A stretch of 64,000 nucleotides of DNA from an uncultured virus (IMG/VR IMGVR_UViG_3300013382_000005) (Duplodnaviria; Heunggongvirae; Uroviricota; Caudoviricetes): the IMG/VR virus record IMGVR_UViG_3300013382_000005. One strand, given 5' to 3'. A model generated the notes under the pieces. It ran no database searches and was not told the DNA's origin. It was given only the letters and a program-made list of their open reading frames with translations. Numbering within the stretch: the stretch's first letter is position 1; each line of letters begins with the position of its first letter. Both the position numbers and the translations under genes were made by a program. Shown piece by piece: positions 41,101 to 49,814 of this stretch.

Positions 41101-41309
41101 ATTCATGGTTATCTACCGGATACCAATTTACTTTCTATACAGAGAATATAGATCATGATACTTTAATAATGTTATTGGATCAAGAAAAGAAAGCATGCAA
41201 CAATATCTTTGAATATGACTATACAGAAATGGCTGATGATAATATATTGTATCGCATTACTGTTTATCCACCAAATACTAATAGTATAACGAATGGAGAT
41301 AATGAGTAA
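32124..41309 (+). CDS. Giant baseplate hub-like protein (3061 aa) with N-terminal thermonuclease (SNase)-like domain
   Basis: DADT, VRFIGINAPET and DGYGRFLG SNase motifs. VHVRMGYG..VFNGVV and GELITIGDPSIKPYDAIYL resemble gp27/gpD-type hub motifs. Confidence 0.65.
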   Translation: MSENKSILSYLYNHNYNEIDPSNFVLPTTKDFHSTELPYKLEQQLEAGKDNDFTRMLYFIEKPYSECPGYYDEDRVIIVKGKPNLRGEDIGKFDADTMYFPVSDLNDNNAKISYNGNLFTVKEYLQYSSANFGDASEIGVRFIGINAPETFKYKIVLATDSGIPQKIKIAEIAKDSKHQYLYDTESDDYKNDTMKFFYKNIDGMYYYCQATEYPDYSVPHTDTDGSIYYTTELAYKYIYKSADANGSKISHEMAQKMIELIGDNECVLMLDHNMLNSKSGSYPTTYDQYDDSLLGTIKSTIESLSSVNSGPKYSGFSGFGQDGYGRFLGCLYVKTLIPGLPESIQNSIGEQWINVTKYLLYFYGPDGTVNHDLSLSFNEYSPTHVANYNFASSAFKVWTYDNSKKRIEDMLDNASFDSITRQREIQKQVLGFDFNTQLKDWTVMIGDYVFLIPPTSIRCMTRNSSEAVPLIRSRGSAIKETPQSERMLEMTLYFNDESGINGIEIEVPATEDGEDRRMDENTLAPTDEKLKYYMNGLRALISMFKFCPFLPITNEYINNTLNIEAVALSSLYISTVPNFPKCIAATIQLVEFNYHAYMSEIPLTGDESAETIMYSNLFEKCIDFDALRYYYQKPLYRGELASRYSFDSPEYLNLTYGGRTALQPMTFDDSSIEFYMPDSNHLNTLLQVKMESMSRPIKSQYKVTDDVKAWAAELGKLYPILQNAKSTKQYIDLYNFINYGPTDKNKNPIFDSVAVTRDNDFLFTLEDINKHEPSVKYEDLAKTWDQLTYSSYYSDIFNEGLNPDNPYQFSINNSYIKKYYIDSGLRWKTGDGSLYFIYINYIDIIRDIFVMYNNDIINTYTYTGESINITTRQGLQTNKNNIINFLKNISIDLDKNYSNYFNDNGEFKIDLFTSVDSDNHFAFDFENADSYKLIEYCFNYYTIGSEDKTQFELPSDVMQTTVNNIKEDIDLDTENSFKFIKYPNESMLQSLIVTNISASFNNNLTRTYLKAMDGYAPQYLGGQDTVIELSMQTQDDAAVAAINLLPKLCSEYMRNYRLILSCCPLRINTAFTKMLGVNEVLIESVNVSTVENQPGVYQIDMRLIAMDRTVRNKEALKRLDINNAGAETINSRQSYTTRDYFGLKEKISAAEIYPDLELPTIAELDIYGFTYIKYKIYDTYRIYPDPDFYFVYGAATTNKTIRDSVLDSLEENSNNRPTTFTMADYLGGELSVDLTQDGSAEQFNVNSRNQTATAEENLVSENQDAINNYKNEIYNLKIKNGSVFETIYNGQSLNTFLDASHGFSSVDDVYSFINIISNLKNDNYWNFSSKQKCIFRGNLKTSNSEYLGFFNYIYKCNDIITFLTQNNPDYNYNTSDYFSKICNKTDFNSIDETIDKINNANKSTLSATNSTCRSRIDGVLRECFLDGNFPDNSSSISEPTIFFKPNTYNTYGSTKNYVSNNSVDDVVKSIKSIADAFTGLNQYVDIDDKTKPDAWQFNMFCGSDDNKKPIYLSKNNSCNTLSDIINSSYSFGPFHIRQYPGNYIKQHFYLDNVNNTESQYARLIMSLQDDKYYFLNPIIMDAQINYYSDPSNVEAKKIIDGYKLGLLFDTTTNAIEIILNLAIYYQSLIYNNILISEIQLICDELASTDQADTMSSIVDENLTTIYASKDYLSFSYEKTNECTEEISIKKDNVEKLFQLQSEYEAAIVGKSDDEIKQIQKSLEADVTSYLDSAKQVITQFLNTLQDIYSQIHAGNLLAVESLYINGLDNNIYKYVENRDYDKLNDLFVSSQMPIASSDNIFLYKYFLSLAGREVIKSIEDLGSSDYAPSEIASGIIDEVFYLNQVNDPYTYTRDSFYDMITNDMRGRMARAFPAFYMLFVDEGREIGLWKLNDNFYNMSSISEITITKSRKIAADTCTIQMTNMFKTFTTDDEDGKEMAYDLETLSSIDNSFQDLWDSIWSPRKLFLREYQERIEQNPIERAQLKPGVRVHVRMGYGGDAYSLPTVFNGVVAQVSTGELVTILCQGDGVELSNPVNDGMKYSDDIESYDDFPIIAKQIDEFVSSGATPKTILTKFLTTKGTWGRKLINTISSGRFFNDNPFGITHFGDPDYTDIFNLSECAQNIYEAYKSPMFNSGVESSLTQMQYMYNTDDIPKVSTQISGKSYWDLMHVMAGVAPDYIASVAPFGMRSTIFYGLPHYYYAYEYYKSKDNTIKEKRKPFQQYHIYSSYSDIIENNITTSSEFMKTNAVGLYSVSGALGNLTAKRVGPVFADIDIYSEYQKSMTVDTTYVSNYSGLGGIIGSLIPFVNSIRNDAGTITGTDNESIAWRITVAALKDAVKEMYQGELITIGDPSIKPYDAIYLHDVYENMQGGCEVEAVTHILNSQTGFTSSIYVDPMVDVDNRYYQTAHMLSNFVCGQSIGVWTAGLVLSFCLSRSTQPVTKLAGKLLTRGVDGMSTQVTNILNLLDLSDDTTEKIANFIKGTNILGTLNATYQYEKIIDAAKILKGIDLSGLAKLDNATKLTQYLKCIDQLSQLNLDDLYTMVSNKKTSDIYYKIYQGLADGLSNMESTKNSTITNAIIGLSEKFRQSDGLKELAKTDANVAEYLTLLDNIGSADFTKPGVTQKYISAINQLKTFKEADDIGDFFAGSSAITDLGKAFDSIGDGAEALGKVASNSDDITKALNKTSFLVTKGSVAATIVGLVVEYLVEAIITGTVTNAITRYLRNLEVLRIYPLIKNKKVYTAGLSGSRGLVVGSSTFNKQGWFQNFISDFFNNSIFRVVSSLILPNTDNWYQYIDSWKRDNNMALSDSDVNYSKSVVLSHLSKVSDGMSNYDGILANRITLERIKTFSNDSGSRSEIADALQAFSNYYVSDKEFEYNGRLNEMKTLKDLASYLKQSNVPDGVFSYYHSIPENDPEEVSVHYNDSILTLESYHSLPNYPDLNDYAILSCDCICILHNLIQYYLPNQYPNYITDDNKQINISVVNALVPGYSNSWLSTGYQFTFYTENIDHDTLIMLLDQEKKACNNIFEYDYTEMADDNILYRITVYPPNTNSITNGDNE

Positions 41310-41683
41310 TGGCAAACAATTTCAGAGATAAGATCAGAGATATATCCAATGACAATACAATAAATGTTGGATACTTTACTTGCACTGCATATGTCAGCGA
41401 TGCTTCTGAAGTCTCTAATACATGTACAATCACATATATTGACTCAAATGGAAATCAGAGAACTCAGAAAAATGTTCCTGTCAAAATCGGTACACCAAAT
41501 GGTCTTATAGAATGGTTTCCCAGTAACGGAGACTATGTAACGATAGAAGTGAAAAATGGCATCAGCCAAATTATTTCTCCTAGTGTAGATCATTATTTCA
41601 AAGAATTAAGACATTCAAGAGATACTGATAATAATATTCTGACAAATTACTTCAACTATACATTAGGCGGAACAATATTCTGA
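41309..41683 (+). CDS. Baseplate spike-associated OB-fold-like protein (putative)
   Basis: Coupled to the hub gene; NVPV...FPSNGDYVTI pattern like gp5/gpV N-terminal OB folds. Confidence 0.5.
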   Translation: MANNFRDKIRDISNDNTINVGYFTCTAYVSDASEVSNTCTITYIDSNGNQRTQKNVPVKIGTPNGLIEWFPSNGDYVTIEVKNGISQIISPSVDHYFKELRHSRDTDNNILTNYFNYTLGGTIF

Positions 41684-41692
41684 TTTAAAATT

Positions 41693-41729
41693 ATAAAGCG
41701 GCTGTTAATAATACAGTCGCTTTATCTTT
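41693..41729 (+). terminator. Intrinsic terminator
   Basis: ATAAAGCGGCTGT / ACAGTCGCTTTAT hairpin followed by T-rich sequence. Confidence 0.7.
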
Positions 41730-41754
41730 GCTTTTAATTAGTATGTCGCATCTT

Positions 41755-41765
41755 GGTAATAATAC
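41755..41765 (+). promoter_or_regulatory. Putative late-promoter motif GGTAATAATAC
   Basis: Recurring motif; TCTTGGTAATAATA is identical to the copy at 57673-57686. Confidence 0.5.
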
Positions 41766-41805
41766 AATAAAAGCCACAAATACAAGTAAAGGAAAATTAC
41801 TATAA

Positions 41806-42354
41806 ATGCCTGATATATCTATAGAAGCATTATCAAAAAACTTCCTTGATCAAGTCAAACGTGAGAGTAAAACTCCTAATAGACAAACCACTTCTGGTAT
41901 TGTTTCAAATAACAATCAGTCCGCTGTAATTGTAGATGACAGTGGTACTCAAAATATAATCAATAAAACTAATCAGTCAAAAACGAATCCAGAATCACAA
42001 ACTCAGACTGATATATGTTATGAAAAAAATATTTGCACAAATAGAATCAATATTCAAACTGATGACATTACTATCAATCAGTGCAAGATAAATCCTCTTC
42101 TATATAATTCAAGCGGATTCGGAGATAATGGTTTATGTGTTCAAGGCGATTTAAATATGTATGGTACCGTCTTAGTTAAATGCTGGGACAGATCTTTACA
42201 AAAAGCAGTATTTATTCGGCGAAGGATACGCACTCCAATCATGTATAATCAAATGACTCAACCTGATATAGATGAGCGACTTGGTATAGACGCTAATATA
42301 CAATCTATTGATTCTATTGATTCTTCAAGTGACAAGGAAACATCTGATACATGA
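41806..42354 (+). CDS. Hypothetical baseplate protein
   Basis: 182-aa ORF with AAGGA RBS in the baseplate cluster. Confidence 0.55.
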   Translation: MPDISIEALSKNFLDQVKRESKTPNRQTTSGIVSNNNQSAVIVDDSGTQNIINKTNQSKTNPESQTQTDICYEKNICTNRINIQTDDITINQCKINPLLYNSSGFGDNGLCVQGDLNMYGTVLVKCWDRSLQKAVFIRRRIRTPIMYNQMTQPDIDERLGIDANIQSIDSIDSSSDKETSDT

Positions 42355-42878
42355 AAAATATAGATTTAGCAACCACAATCTCAGGAGACATATATTTTGA
42401 ATCATCGTCAAAAAATAACTCTATTACATTATCTTATGATTTAAAATTCAGCGATGACTTCAAACCATTATGTCTTTCATTTTATCATGAAAAGAATAAG
42501 ATTCCAGATTTAACTGATTATTCATTAACTCTGAATCTTGACTATTATAATAGTATAGAAAAATACAAAGCAGTTTGTGTCAGTTCTGAAGATGTTACTA
42601 AAAAACGCATAGAATACATAATAAGAACAACACTTACAGATTTAAAAGAGAATATCGATTTTGGATCTGATCTTGAATTATATATCCATAAGAATATAAG
42701 AGACAAGTCAGTTATAGCTGATATAGAAACTATTATATCTAAAGCTGTATCGTCAGTAGTTACTGCGCCGACAGTTAAAATTATCCCTAAAGTTAAGCTT
42801 ATGAGTAATGGATACTTCCAAGGAATTTTAATTCAGGTGTATGATTTCAACGATCTGGTATTTGATTATCAACTTTAA
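42351..42878 (+). CDS. Baseplate wedge / sheath initiator (gp25/GPW-like)
   Basis: C-terminal RIEYIIRT...ENIDFGSDL pattern typical of gp25-like proteins; precedes the J-like gene. Confidence 0.6.
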   Translation: MKNIDLATTISGDIYFESSSKNNSITLSYDLKFSDDFKPLCLSFYHEKNKIPDLTDYSLTLNLDYYNSIEKYKAVCVSSEDVTKKRIEYIIRTTLTDLKENIDFGSDLELYIHKNIRDKSVIADIETIISKAVSSVVTAPTVKIIPKVKLMSNGYFQGILIQVYDFNDLVFDYQL

Positions 42879-42888
42879 ATGGTGACAC

Positions 42889-43674
42889 ATGAAAACTCTA
42901 CAGGAAATACATGATAGTATATTAAATTACTTCAGTGGTCTATCAGACCTGAATATTCAGGATGGAACGGTACTGGATGATTACTCATATGCGATGGCTG
43001 ACGCTTTAGCTCAAGCATATATCGAAATAGAAAACAATAAAAATCCATATCTGTACAGTAAGATATCTGGCAGCAATCTTGATGACCTTGGATACATGGT
43101 CAATTGTCCTCGTGAGGCAGACGAACAAGATGACTCTTATTTGCATAGATTAGTAGAATGGATGATCAGCTGTGAAGCTGCAAACTATGACAGTATAGAG
43201 AATGCATTGATGAATCTTGAGTTCTCTTCATTTGCTTCATATGTTCCGTATATTTATGGTGTTGGCACAGCAGCTGTATATCTTATCCCCGTATCTTATG
43301 ACACAGAAACTATTTACAGAGCTAAGATAGAAGCAAAAAACAGAGTAGACAAAGTTCAGTCTGCTGGTTCTTATATTGAATATATAACCCCTACTCAAAA
43401 GTTTGTCAAGCTTGCAGTTCATTTAGAATATGAAGATGATGCTGATAAACAGTATGTACTCACACAGCTTACGAACAAGATTCAAAACTATATCAACGGT
43501 ATAGCTATTGGTAGCAGTCTTGAAATTGGTGAAATAAATAGAATAGGAATTAATCAAGCTGGGCTCAGCTATTTTGTTGTTGTCCAAATGTATATAGATG
43601 ATGAGCCCGCAAATGAACTCTCTTACTTACAAACCATCACAAATAAATATGTTTTCGACCAGATGACATATTAA
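42889..43674 (+). CDS. Baseplate J-like protein
   Basis: SGSNLDDLG...READEQDDSYLHRL, GVGTAAVY and IQNYINGIAIG motifs. Confidence 0.75.
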   Translation: MKTLQEIHDSILNYFSGLSDLNIQDGTVLDDYSYAMADALAQAYIEIENNKNPYLYSKISGSNLDDLGYMVNCPREADEQDDSYLHRLVEWMISCEAANYDSIENALMNLEFSSFASYVPYIYGVGTAAVYLIPVSYDTETIYRAKIEAKNRVDKVQSAGSYIEYITPTQKFVKLAVHLEYEDDADKQYVLTQLTNKIQNYINGIAIGSSLEIGEINRIGINQAGLSYFVVVQMYIDDEPANELSYLQTITNKYVFDQMTY

Positions 43675-43687
43675 GGAGAAAAACTTA

Positions 43688-46600
43688 ATGCTTGATAATA
43701 ACGCACTACTCTCATTAATGACCAAGCATTTTCCAAGATGGATGGACATTAGAAAGAGAGTTAAAACTTCTAATGGTGGAATGTATTTACAGTCTCTTGC
43801 CTATAATACATCTTTAATACAAGAAGCCATTGAAGACTATAAAAAAGATTTCTTTCTTATAAATTATATAGATAAATATGATGATGTGCCATATTATATT
43901 TATTATATAAACATCGGAAATATTGACACAAAGAATCTTACGATCACATATCCATCAGGATTATCAGAGGTTTCTTCTGTCAAGGACTTTTATAATACTT
44001 CGAACACTTATTATTATGAAGATAATAAGATATTCTTTAAGAAAGAAAACATTGATGAAACATCAGCTCGTGTTAATTATATCTATGATGATAACAATCA
44101 TAATGCAATTATAAGCAAGCTGTATGTATGGAATATATTTGATGAGTTTGCAGCATTCGTAGGACTTGAAAGATTTATAGACGAAGACAATAAATCTCTT
44201 ACGAATAGGATTCTGAATGTTTTTAAATGTATACCTAATAGCTCAGAAGATGGTCTTAAGAATGCTATAATTAACGATACTATTAATTATATAAATGATA
44301 ATTATCCGTCTATGAGCTTCAATGAGATTAGGAATAAAATTATTGTAGAAAGACCTACTGCTGAAAATCTCAAACTCAAATATAATGAATTTACAACCGT
44401 CCTTGATAAACTTGCCGAGATAAATGCCGATGTTTATAGAACAAAGGTATGGGATGAGGATATTTGGCAATTTGCATTATCTGGAATCGATTATATTCCT
44501 CATACATGGGATTATATTTTAGCAGCATATACAAATGGTATTGGTTTTAAAGATGATTTAAAACCTGAATTTATTGAAAAGCCTTCTGATAATAATGCAT
44601 CCGCAAAAGTATCTGTTTATAAGCAGGATACTTCAAAGATTCAGGAGTATCTTTCTGGGCATACTATTGACAAAGCTGTTAAACTAAGATTACTAAAATA
44701 TAATGAGAACCTTCAGGCTACTAATATAAAGTATACTATAACAGCTTCAAGGCCAGTAGATATTACTCAGAGTATGTCTAAAATAAAGCTGAGAGTCAGA
44801 AATAATAGTGCATCCACCCAACCAATAGACATTTCCCTGAGTGAATTAATTCCTATAGATACTGAATATGAGCAGCTGTTTTTAAATAACGTTACACAAT
44901 CATTCATCAAGTATCATAAGGAATTTATTTATGAACCTGATCCTGAGCCAGAGCCCGACCCAGATCCTGATCCGGGTAACCCTGATCCTGATAAACCTAA
45001 TCCAGGAGGAGAAACTGGTGGAGGTTCTGAATCAGGTGGTGGCACGGAATCTGGAGGAAGTGGATCTGAGTCTAGTGAAGACAGTGATTCTGAAACAGAT
45101 CCTACTAATCCTGACCAAGAAGAAACTAGGACTGATACAGATGATTCTGGCACAACTAAAGATTCAGGAACAGAAATATATAGAGATAAAGTTATTAAAG
45201 AGATTATTATAACAACATCTATTGAAAGAATTGATTATGATAATCCATTAATAGCAGCAGCAATTAAAAAACTTAATTCAAGCAATATATACTTCTCTAT
45301 TATATCTGATTCAGATGATTTAGAATCTGTATTTGTTTATAATAGCAATGACACCTTATGTTATGATATCACAAATAATCATCTTAATAAGTTTGAATAT
45401 TGCTATTTAACAAGCAAAGCCGAGACTACATATACATCTTATAATAACTTAAAGACGTATGTTAAAAAAACAGATAATGTTGAAATCATCAACAATTTCT
45501 CTCCGATCATGCAGTTGGATCAGCAGTATATTTATGTAATCAATGATTGTACTAATTGTACTGCTACATTCAATAATGATAAATATGATAAGTATATTCA
45601 TTCATGGAGCTTTGGCAATAGTCTTATAAATATCGTCTCTGATGTCAATTATACAAATGTTGAGTATACAGAATATATTTTTGATGGCGTTGTAAAAACC
45701 AACTCTCCTAACATCTTATTCTCTGACATCTTCACAGAAGATAACATCAAAAAGTATTTGTCATATGAAGACGAACAGATAATCCCATCTGACTTCAGCA
45801 TACAGAATCTTTGCAAGTATGAGATAATCAACAATGATACTACATCCAATTCTTTAACAGTTAATTACTCAAAGAATTTACAGAGTCAAATAGATTTATC
45901 TAATGATCCAAATAATATAAATAAGTATGTAAGATCAGTTAAAGTTACAAATATAACCAGTGATTATATAAAGTTACCGCATGTAAATATTGATACAATC
46001 TTTTATATTGGTTCTAATATGAACTGGAGACTTGGTGAAGATACATCTGGCGACTTTACAGACTATAAGCTTCATAATGATAAGGGACTAATTACATTTA
46101 ATCATGTACCAAATCAAGATCTATATATAGTATATACTGTTAAGGTTCCCGAGTCATTATCTATTGATATAAATGAATTATATCGCTTGATTGAATATAA
46201 CAAACAAGCATATAATAAAATATATGAACATACTATAGCAGGCATTTATGACGGATATATATATGACTTATCTGCTCTAAATATTGAAGGATTCGATGAT
46301 AATTGCAATATTATAGTTTCTGATTATTCCACATATTATATTCCGGCTATTATTAATAATACTGTTTTATTTAATAAAGCTCCTGAAAATGCAATAGCTA
46401 TAAAGTATGGATATTATTATTTTGGAGATCAAGAGTATTATCTGCTCGCCAATAAAAATCCTTCTTCTGAGGAAAATATAACCAGTGTCTCTTTTGATAA
46501 TATAAGAGCTAATGGCTCTGAAATTATTTTAAATAGATATAATGAAAATTATGTTAAGAATTCAAATATGACTCTTAATACAATTAGCAATACGTATACT

Positions 46601-47959
46601 ATCGATTTCAATAAAAATTCTGATGTTGTAATTTCTAATAAACTTGGTGCAATATCTACTTGCGATAACTTTTATAAATGGAAAACATTTGGCGCGTTAT
46701 TATCTTTATATCCGCATAATAATAATATAGGTATTCGTCTTAATCCTTATATTCCTAATGGATATGCATATATAGATATAACCACAGATGTATATAAAGA
46801 CCTGACATTATCTCTTTATATGGTAGGTAACTTAAAAGCTTATGTCATAAGAGAAGCGAAAATTGACAATATGAAATTCAGGCGCTCTCTTTCAACTGAA
46901 TTTATAGCTGATGTGTCTACTATACATGAAAATGACAGGTATTCTTGTACCTATCATCAAGATGAAGGATATAGATATTATCTTGTTATATCGGCTCCAA
47001 TTATAGCAAATAATAATTTGTTTGATGATATTATGCTTGCAGAAAATAATACTCCAGCTTCTTATAATGATAAAAAGAATATAGATATTTTAGGCTTTAA
47101 TATCAAAGAACAAGTTACTGATAATGGTTTTAGTAATAGAATCTATTTCAATAGCAATAAATTTGGCACTAGAAACAATCTTGATATAGATGAAGATGGC
47201 TATATTATAAATGCTTGCAATATCGACTGGGATATTACAAAATTATTTGAATATAGTAATGCTTTAGATTTTGAAAATAAACTACAAATTCGTAGCAAGG
47301 TTAATATAAATGCTTCTGGGAATTATATATATACTTTGAATCAGGCAGGAAGTATCACGACTGAGCCATTTAAATTAGACAATTACAAACTTATCAAGAG
47401 TCTGATTGTCGAAGTTAATGATATTCCATTCGAAACAATGACTGGATTCCAGACTAGAATTCTTGTATCTGAAACTATTGATGGTACTTACGAATATATT
47501 GACAAAACTGGATACACAAATATTGAAAGCTTTGATGGATCTGAATTATTTGGCAATTATATTAAAGTCAATATAATTATGCCTATGAATAAGATTATAG
47601 GCAGCATTGCATTGTATGCAGAATATAAGACTACTGAGTCAGAACAACCTTCTGGCACAATTAAATCTTATGGCACTATAACTTCTTCTATAATGGATAG
47701 CTACTATCTTACGAATTATAAGATAAATAAGATCAATATAGATTATAAGTGCCCCAAAAATATTTTTACTATCAAAATCAGATCGTATAAAAATAATAAT
47801 ATATGGACTGATTGGTATGACATAAACTTTGATGAAGATGGCACTATAACTAATGAACCATACTTTGAAAACAGTAGATATTTCCAAGCTATGTTAGAAG
47901 TCAAAGATATTAATGCGAAGATCAAAATAAACTATATCGATATAAAGAGACAAGGATAA
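43688..47959 (+). CDS. Large baseplate/tail structural protein (1423 aa)
   Basis: Follows the J-like gene; WNIFDEFAAFVGLER..EDNKSL..RIL wedge-like motif; internal Pro/Asp- and Gly/Ser-rich linker. Confidence 0.6.
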   Translation: MLDNNALLSLMTKHFPRWMDIRKRVKTSNGGMYLQSLAYNTSLIQEAIEDYKKDFFLINYIDKYDDVPYYIYYINIGNIDTKNLTITYPSGLSEVSSVKDFYNTSNTYYYEDNKIFFKKENIDETSARVNYIYDDNNHNAIISKLYVWNIFDEFAAFVGLERFIDEDNKSLTNRILNVFKCIPNSSEDGLKNAIINDTINYINDNYPSMSFNEIRNKIIVERPTAENLKLKYNEFTTVLDKLAEINADVYRTKVWDEDIWQFALSGIDYIPHTWDYILAAYTNGIGFKDDLKPEFIEKPSDNNASAKVSVYKQDTSKIQEYLSGHTIDKAVKLRLLKYNENLQATNIKYTITASRPVDITQSMSKIKLRVRNNSASTQPIDISLSELIPIDTEYEQLFLNNVTQSFIKYHKEFIYEPDPEPEPDPDPDPGNPDPDKPNPGGETGGGSESGGGTESGGSGSESSEDSDSETDPTNPDQEETRTDTDDSGTTKDSGTEIYRDKVIKEIIITTSIERIDYDNPLIAAAIKKLNSSNIYFSIISDSDDLESVFVYNSNDTLCYDITNNHLNKFEYCYLTSKAETTYTSYNNLKTYVKKTDNVEIINNFSPIMQLDQQYIYVINDCTNCTATFNNDKYDKYIHSWSFGNSLINIVSDVNYTNVEYTEYIFDGVVKTNSPNILFSDIFTEDNIKKYLSYEDEQIIPSDFSIQNLCKYEIINNDTTSNSLTVNYSKNLQSQIDLSNDPNNINKYVRSVKVTNITSDYIKLPHVNIDTIFYIGSNMNWRLGEDTSGDFTDYKLHNDKGLITFNHVPNQDLYIVYTVKVPESLSIDINELYRLIEYNKQAYNKIYEHTIAGIYDGYIYDLSALNIEGFDDNCNIIVSDYSTYYIPAIINNTVLFNKAPENAIAIKYGYYYFGDQEYYLLANKNPSSEENITSVSFDNIRANGSEIILNRYNENYVKNSNMTLNTISNTYTIDFNKNSDVVISNKLGAISTCDNFYKWKTFGALLSLYPHNNNIGIRLNPYIPNGYAYIDITTDVYKDLTLSLYMVGNLKAYVIREAKIDNMKFRRSLSTEFIADVSTIHENDRYSCTYHQDEGYRYYLVISAPIIANNNLFDDIMLAENNTPASYNDKKNIDILGFNIKEQVTDNGFSNRIYFNSNKFGTRNNLDIDEDGYIINACNIDWDITKLFEYSNALDFENKLQIRSKVNINASGNYIYTLNQAGSITTEPFKLDNYKLIKSLIVEVNDIPFETMTGFQTRILVSETIDGTYEYIDKTGYTNIESFDGSELFGNYIKVNIIMPMNKIIGSIALYAEYKTTESEQPSGTIKSYGTITSSIMDSYYLTNYKINKINIDYKCPKNIFTIKIRSYKNNNIWTDWYDINFDEDGTITNEPYFENSRYFQAMLEVKDINAKIKINYIDIKRQG
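44933..45170 (+). repeat. Low-complexity coding repeats (EPDPEPEPDPDPDP; GGETG/GGSES/GGGTES)
   Basis: Visible directly in the translation and in the short-period DNA repeats. Confidence 0.8.
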
Positions 47960-47966
47960 TTCAAAT

Positions 47967-49811
47967 ATGATTCAAAATAATTGCCGTATAGAATCCTTTA
48001 ATGGCATAAGATTTTTTGATCAAGATATCCTGTTTGACGATTTTATATATAATGATTATGTAGAAGCTGTGTTAGAGATAGATTACTGCACACCAGGGTT
48101 TGGAATAGTCCTTGTTAATAATACAGCTTCTGTATTATCTTCTGAGAGTGAAGCATTTCTATTTCGTATAGGATATAGAGAGGCTTCTGTAGAATATAAA
48201 ACAGGATACATAAACAAAACGTTAGCCAAAATTCCTACTGTTATCTACCCTTCTTCTGAACTTAACCCCAAAATGTATATTAAGTTTAGAAAGTATAGAA
48301 AGACAGTATATCTTGATATTAATGGAGAGTCAATAATTAATCCTAAGGTTTATAAATTGCCTAAGGATATAAATAAGTTCTGTCTCGGGATTTATTCTAA
48401 TGCAGGCAACACAATTCATAACCTAAAAATTAATTCTAAAATTCCTGACTATTGGAGTATTAATATGACCAATACGGCAGGAGGAAGAATCAGATTTTAT
48501 TCTGATGGATTTGAATTATCTGGATGTTCTGAAAAGGCTGAGATAGAACAAATGAAAATCGCACTTCCTGCTGGTACATATTATCTTAAATATAATATAA
48601 GTCAGAATAGCGATATCAAATGTTATGCCTTTGATTATGACAGTACAATAATTCAGGATACTCAAAAGAATATACTTACTGAAGATAATACAATTGTATT
48701 AGACCATGATACTATAGTCAATATAAAATTTGTTGGCACAAAAGGATCTGTTTCTAATATCATATTAAACCAAGATCCTGATACAAATTATGCCCCAACC
48801 AAAGATGCAAATAAAGAGATAGATCCAAGTCTCGTTACTATTTATAAAAATGGTGTAACAAAAGTAACTTGGTCTGCAATGATATCTGCATTAGGTACAC
48901 ATAAAGGCGATCCATATTTATTGTGCGATGGCAGATATCAAATGTCTTATTTTGCTTCAAACTTAGGCAAATTTGAACTTAATAAAATATATGAATACTC
49001 TTATGATCTTGAGAATCAAAGATATTCTATATCTTACAATGGACTTGAATTATGTTCTTATGTTTTATCTGACGACATTATAGACAAAGATACATTCTCT
49101 ATTCTATACAATATGGACGCAACATTATATTATTTAAATATATTCAGAACTGATGGAGAAGTTGTCAATGTCGTTACTGATAATACTAAAAAAATCAGTA
49201 TACCAATTAATAGAAATGAGCCTATCATAATCACAGATGAATATAATGAACCATTAAATATTTCAAGCTCTTATAGAATTTATACTCATTATGATAACAA
49301 CAATCAAATAGATGAGAGCCAGGATGAATACGTATTTACGAATGTTGAGCGTGAGCTATTTGATGTAAACACATATAATGTTTACACTGTATCTTCAGAT
49401 ATCAGTAGCCAAATAAACTCTGTGAGAGTATATGGAATCAGTACATACGATATAAATACAGATAATATATATCGTGTAACTAAGCAAATTAATGATATAG
49501 GTATTTTCTGCAATAATAACTATAAGCAGATATATGATATAACAATATCTGCTCAAACAAACGAGATTATTATAAATGAAGATACTACTATCTATAATTA
49601 TCTTGTTATTGACTATATGAAAGATGATAGCTATTGTATTAATGCAAACTTTGCCAAGGGTACATATGATATAGATATTTCCACGGCTAAAACTACAAAA
49701 TACTATTTTAACAAAGACAGCAATATAGTTCAGAATTATAAGATAATTTCTATCGATGATATATCTGATAAAGACTCGTGTTATCTGTGTATTCGTAACA
49801 GTGAGGATTAA
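47967..49811 (+). CDS. Hypothetical beta-rich baseplate/tail protein
   Basis: 614-aa ORF within the tail operon. Confidence 0.55.
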   Translation: MIQNNCRIESFNGIRFFDQDILFDDFIYNDYVEAVLEIDYCTPGFGIVLVNNTASVLSSESEAFLFRIGYREASVEYKTGYINKTLAKIPTVIYPSSELNPKMYIKFRKYRKTVYLDINGESIINPKVYKLPKDINKFCLGIYSNAGNTIHNLKINSKIPDYWSINMTNTAGGRIRFYSDGFELSGCSEKAEIEQMKIALPAGTYYLKYNISQNSDIKCYAFDYDSTIIQDTQKNILTEDNTIVLDHDTIVNIKFVGTKGSVSNIILNQDPDTNYAPTKDANKEIDPSLVTIYKNGVTKVTWSAMISALGTHKGDPYLLCDGRYQMSYFASNLGKFELNKIYEYSYDLENQRYSISYNGLELCSYVLSDDIIDKDTFSILYNMDATLYYLNIFRTDGEVVNVVTDNTKKISIPINRNEPIIITDEYNEPLNISSSYRIYTHYDNNNQIDESQDEYVFTNVERELFDVNTYNVYTVSSDISSQINSVRVYGISTYDINTDNIYRVTKQINDIGIFCNNNYKQIYDITISAQTNEIIINEDTTIYNYLVIDYMKDDSYCINANFAKGTYDIDISTAKTTKYYFNKDSNIVQNYKIISIDDISDKDSCYLCIRNSED

Positions 49812-49814
49812 CGC

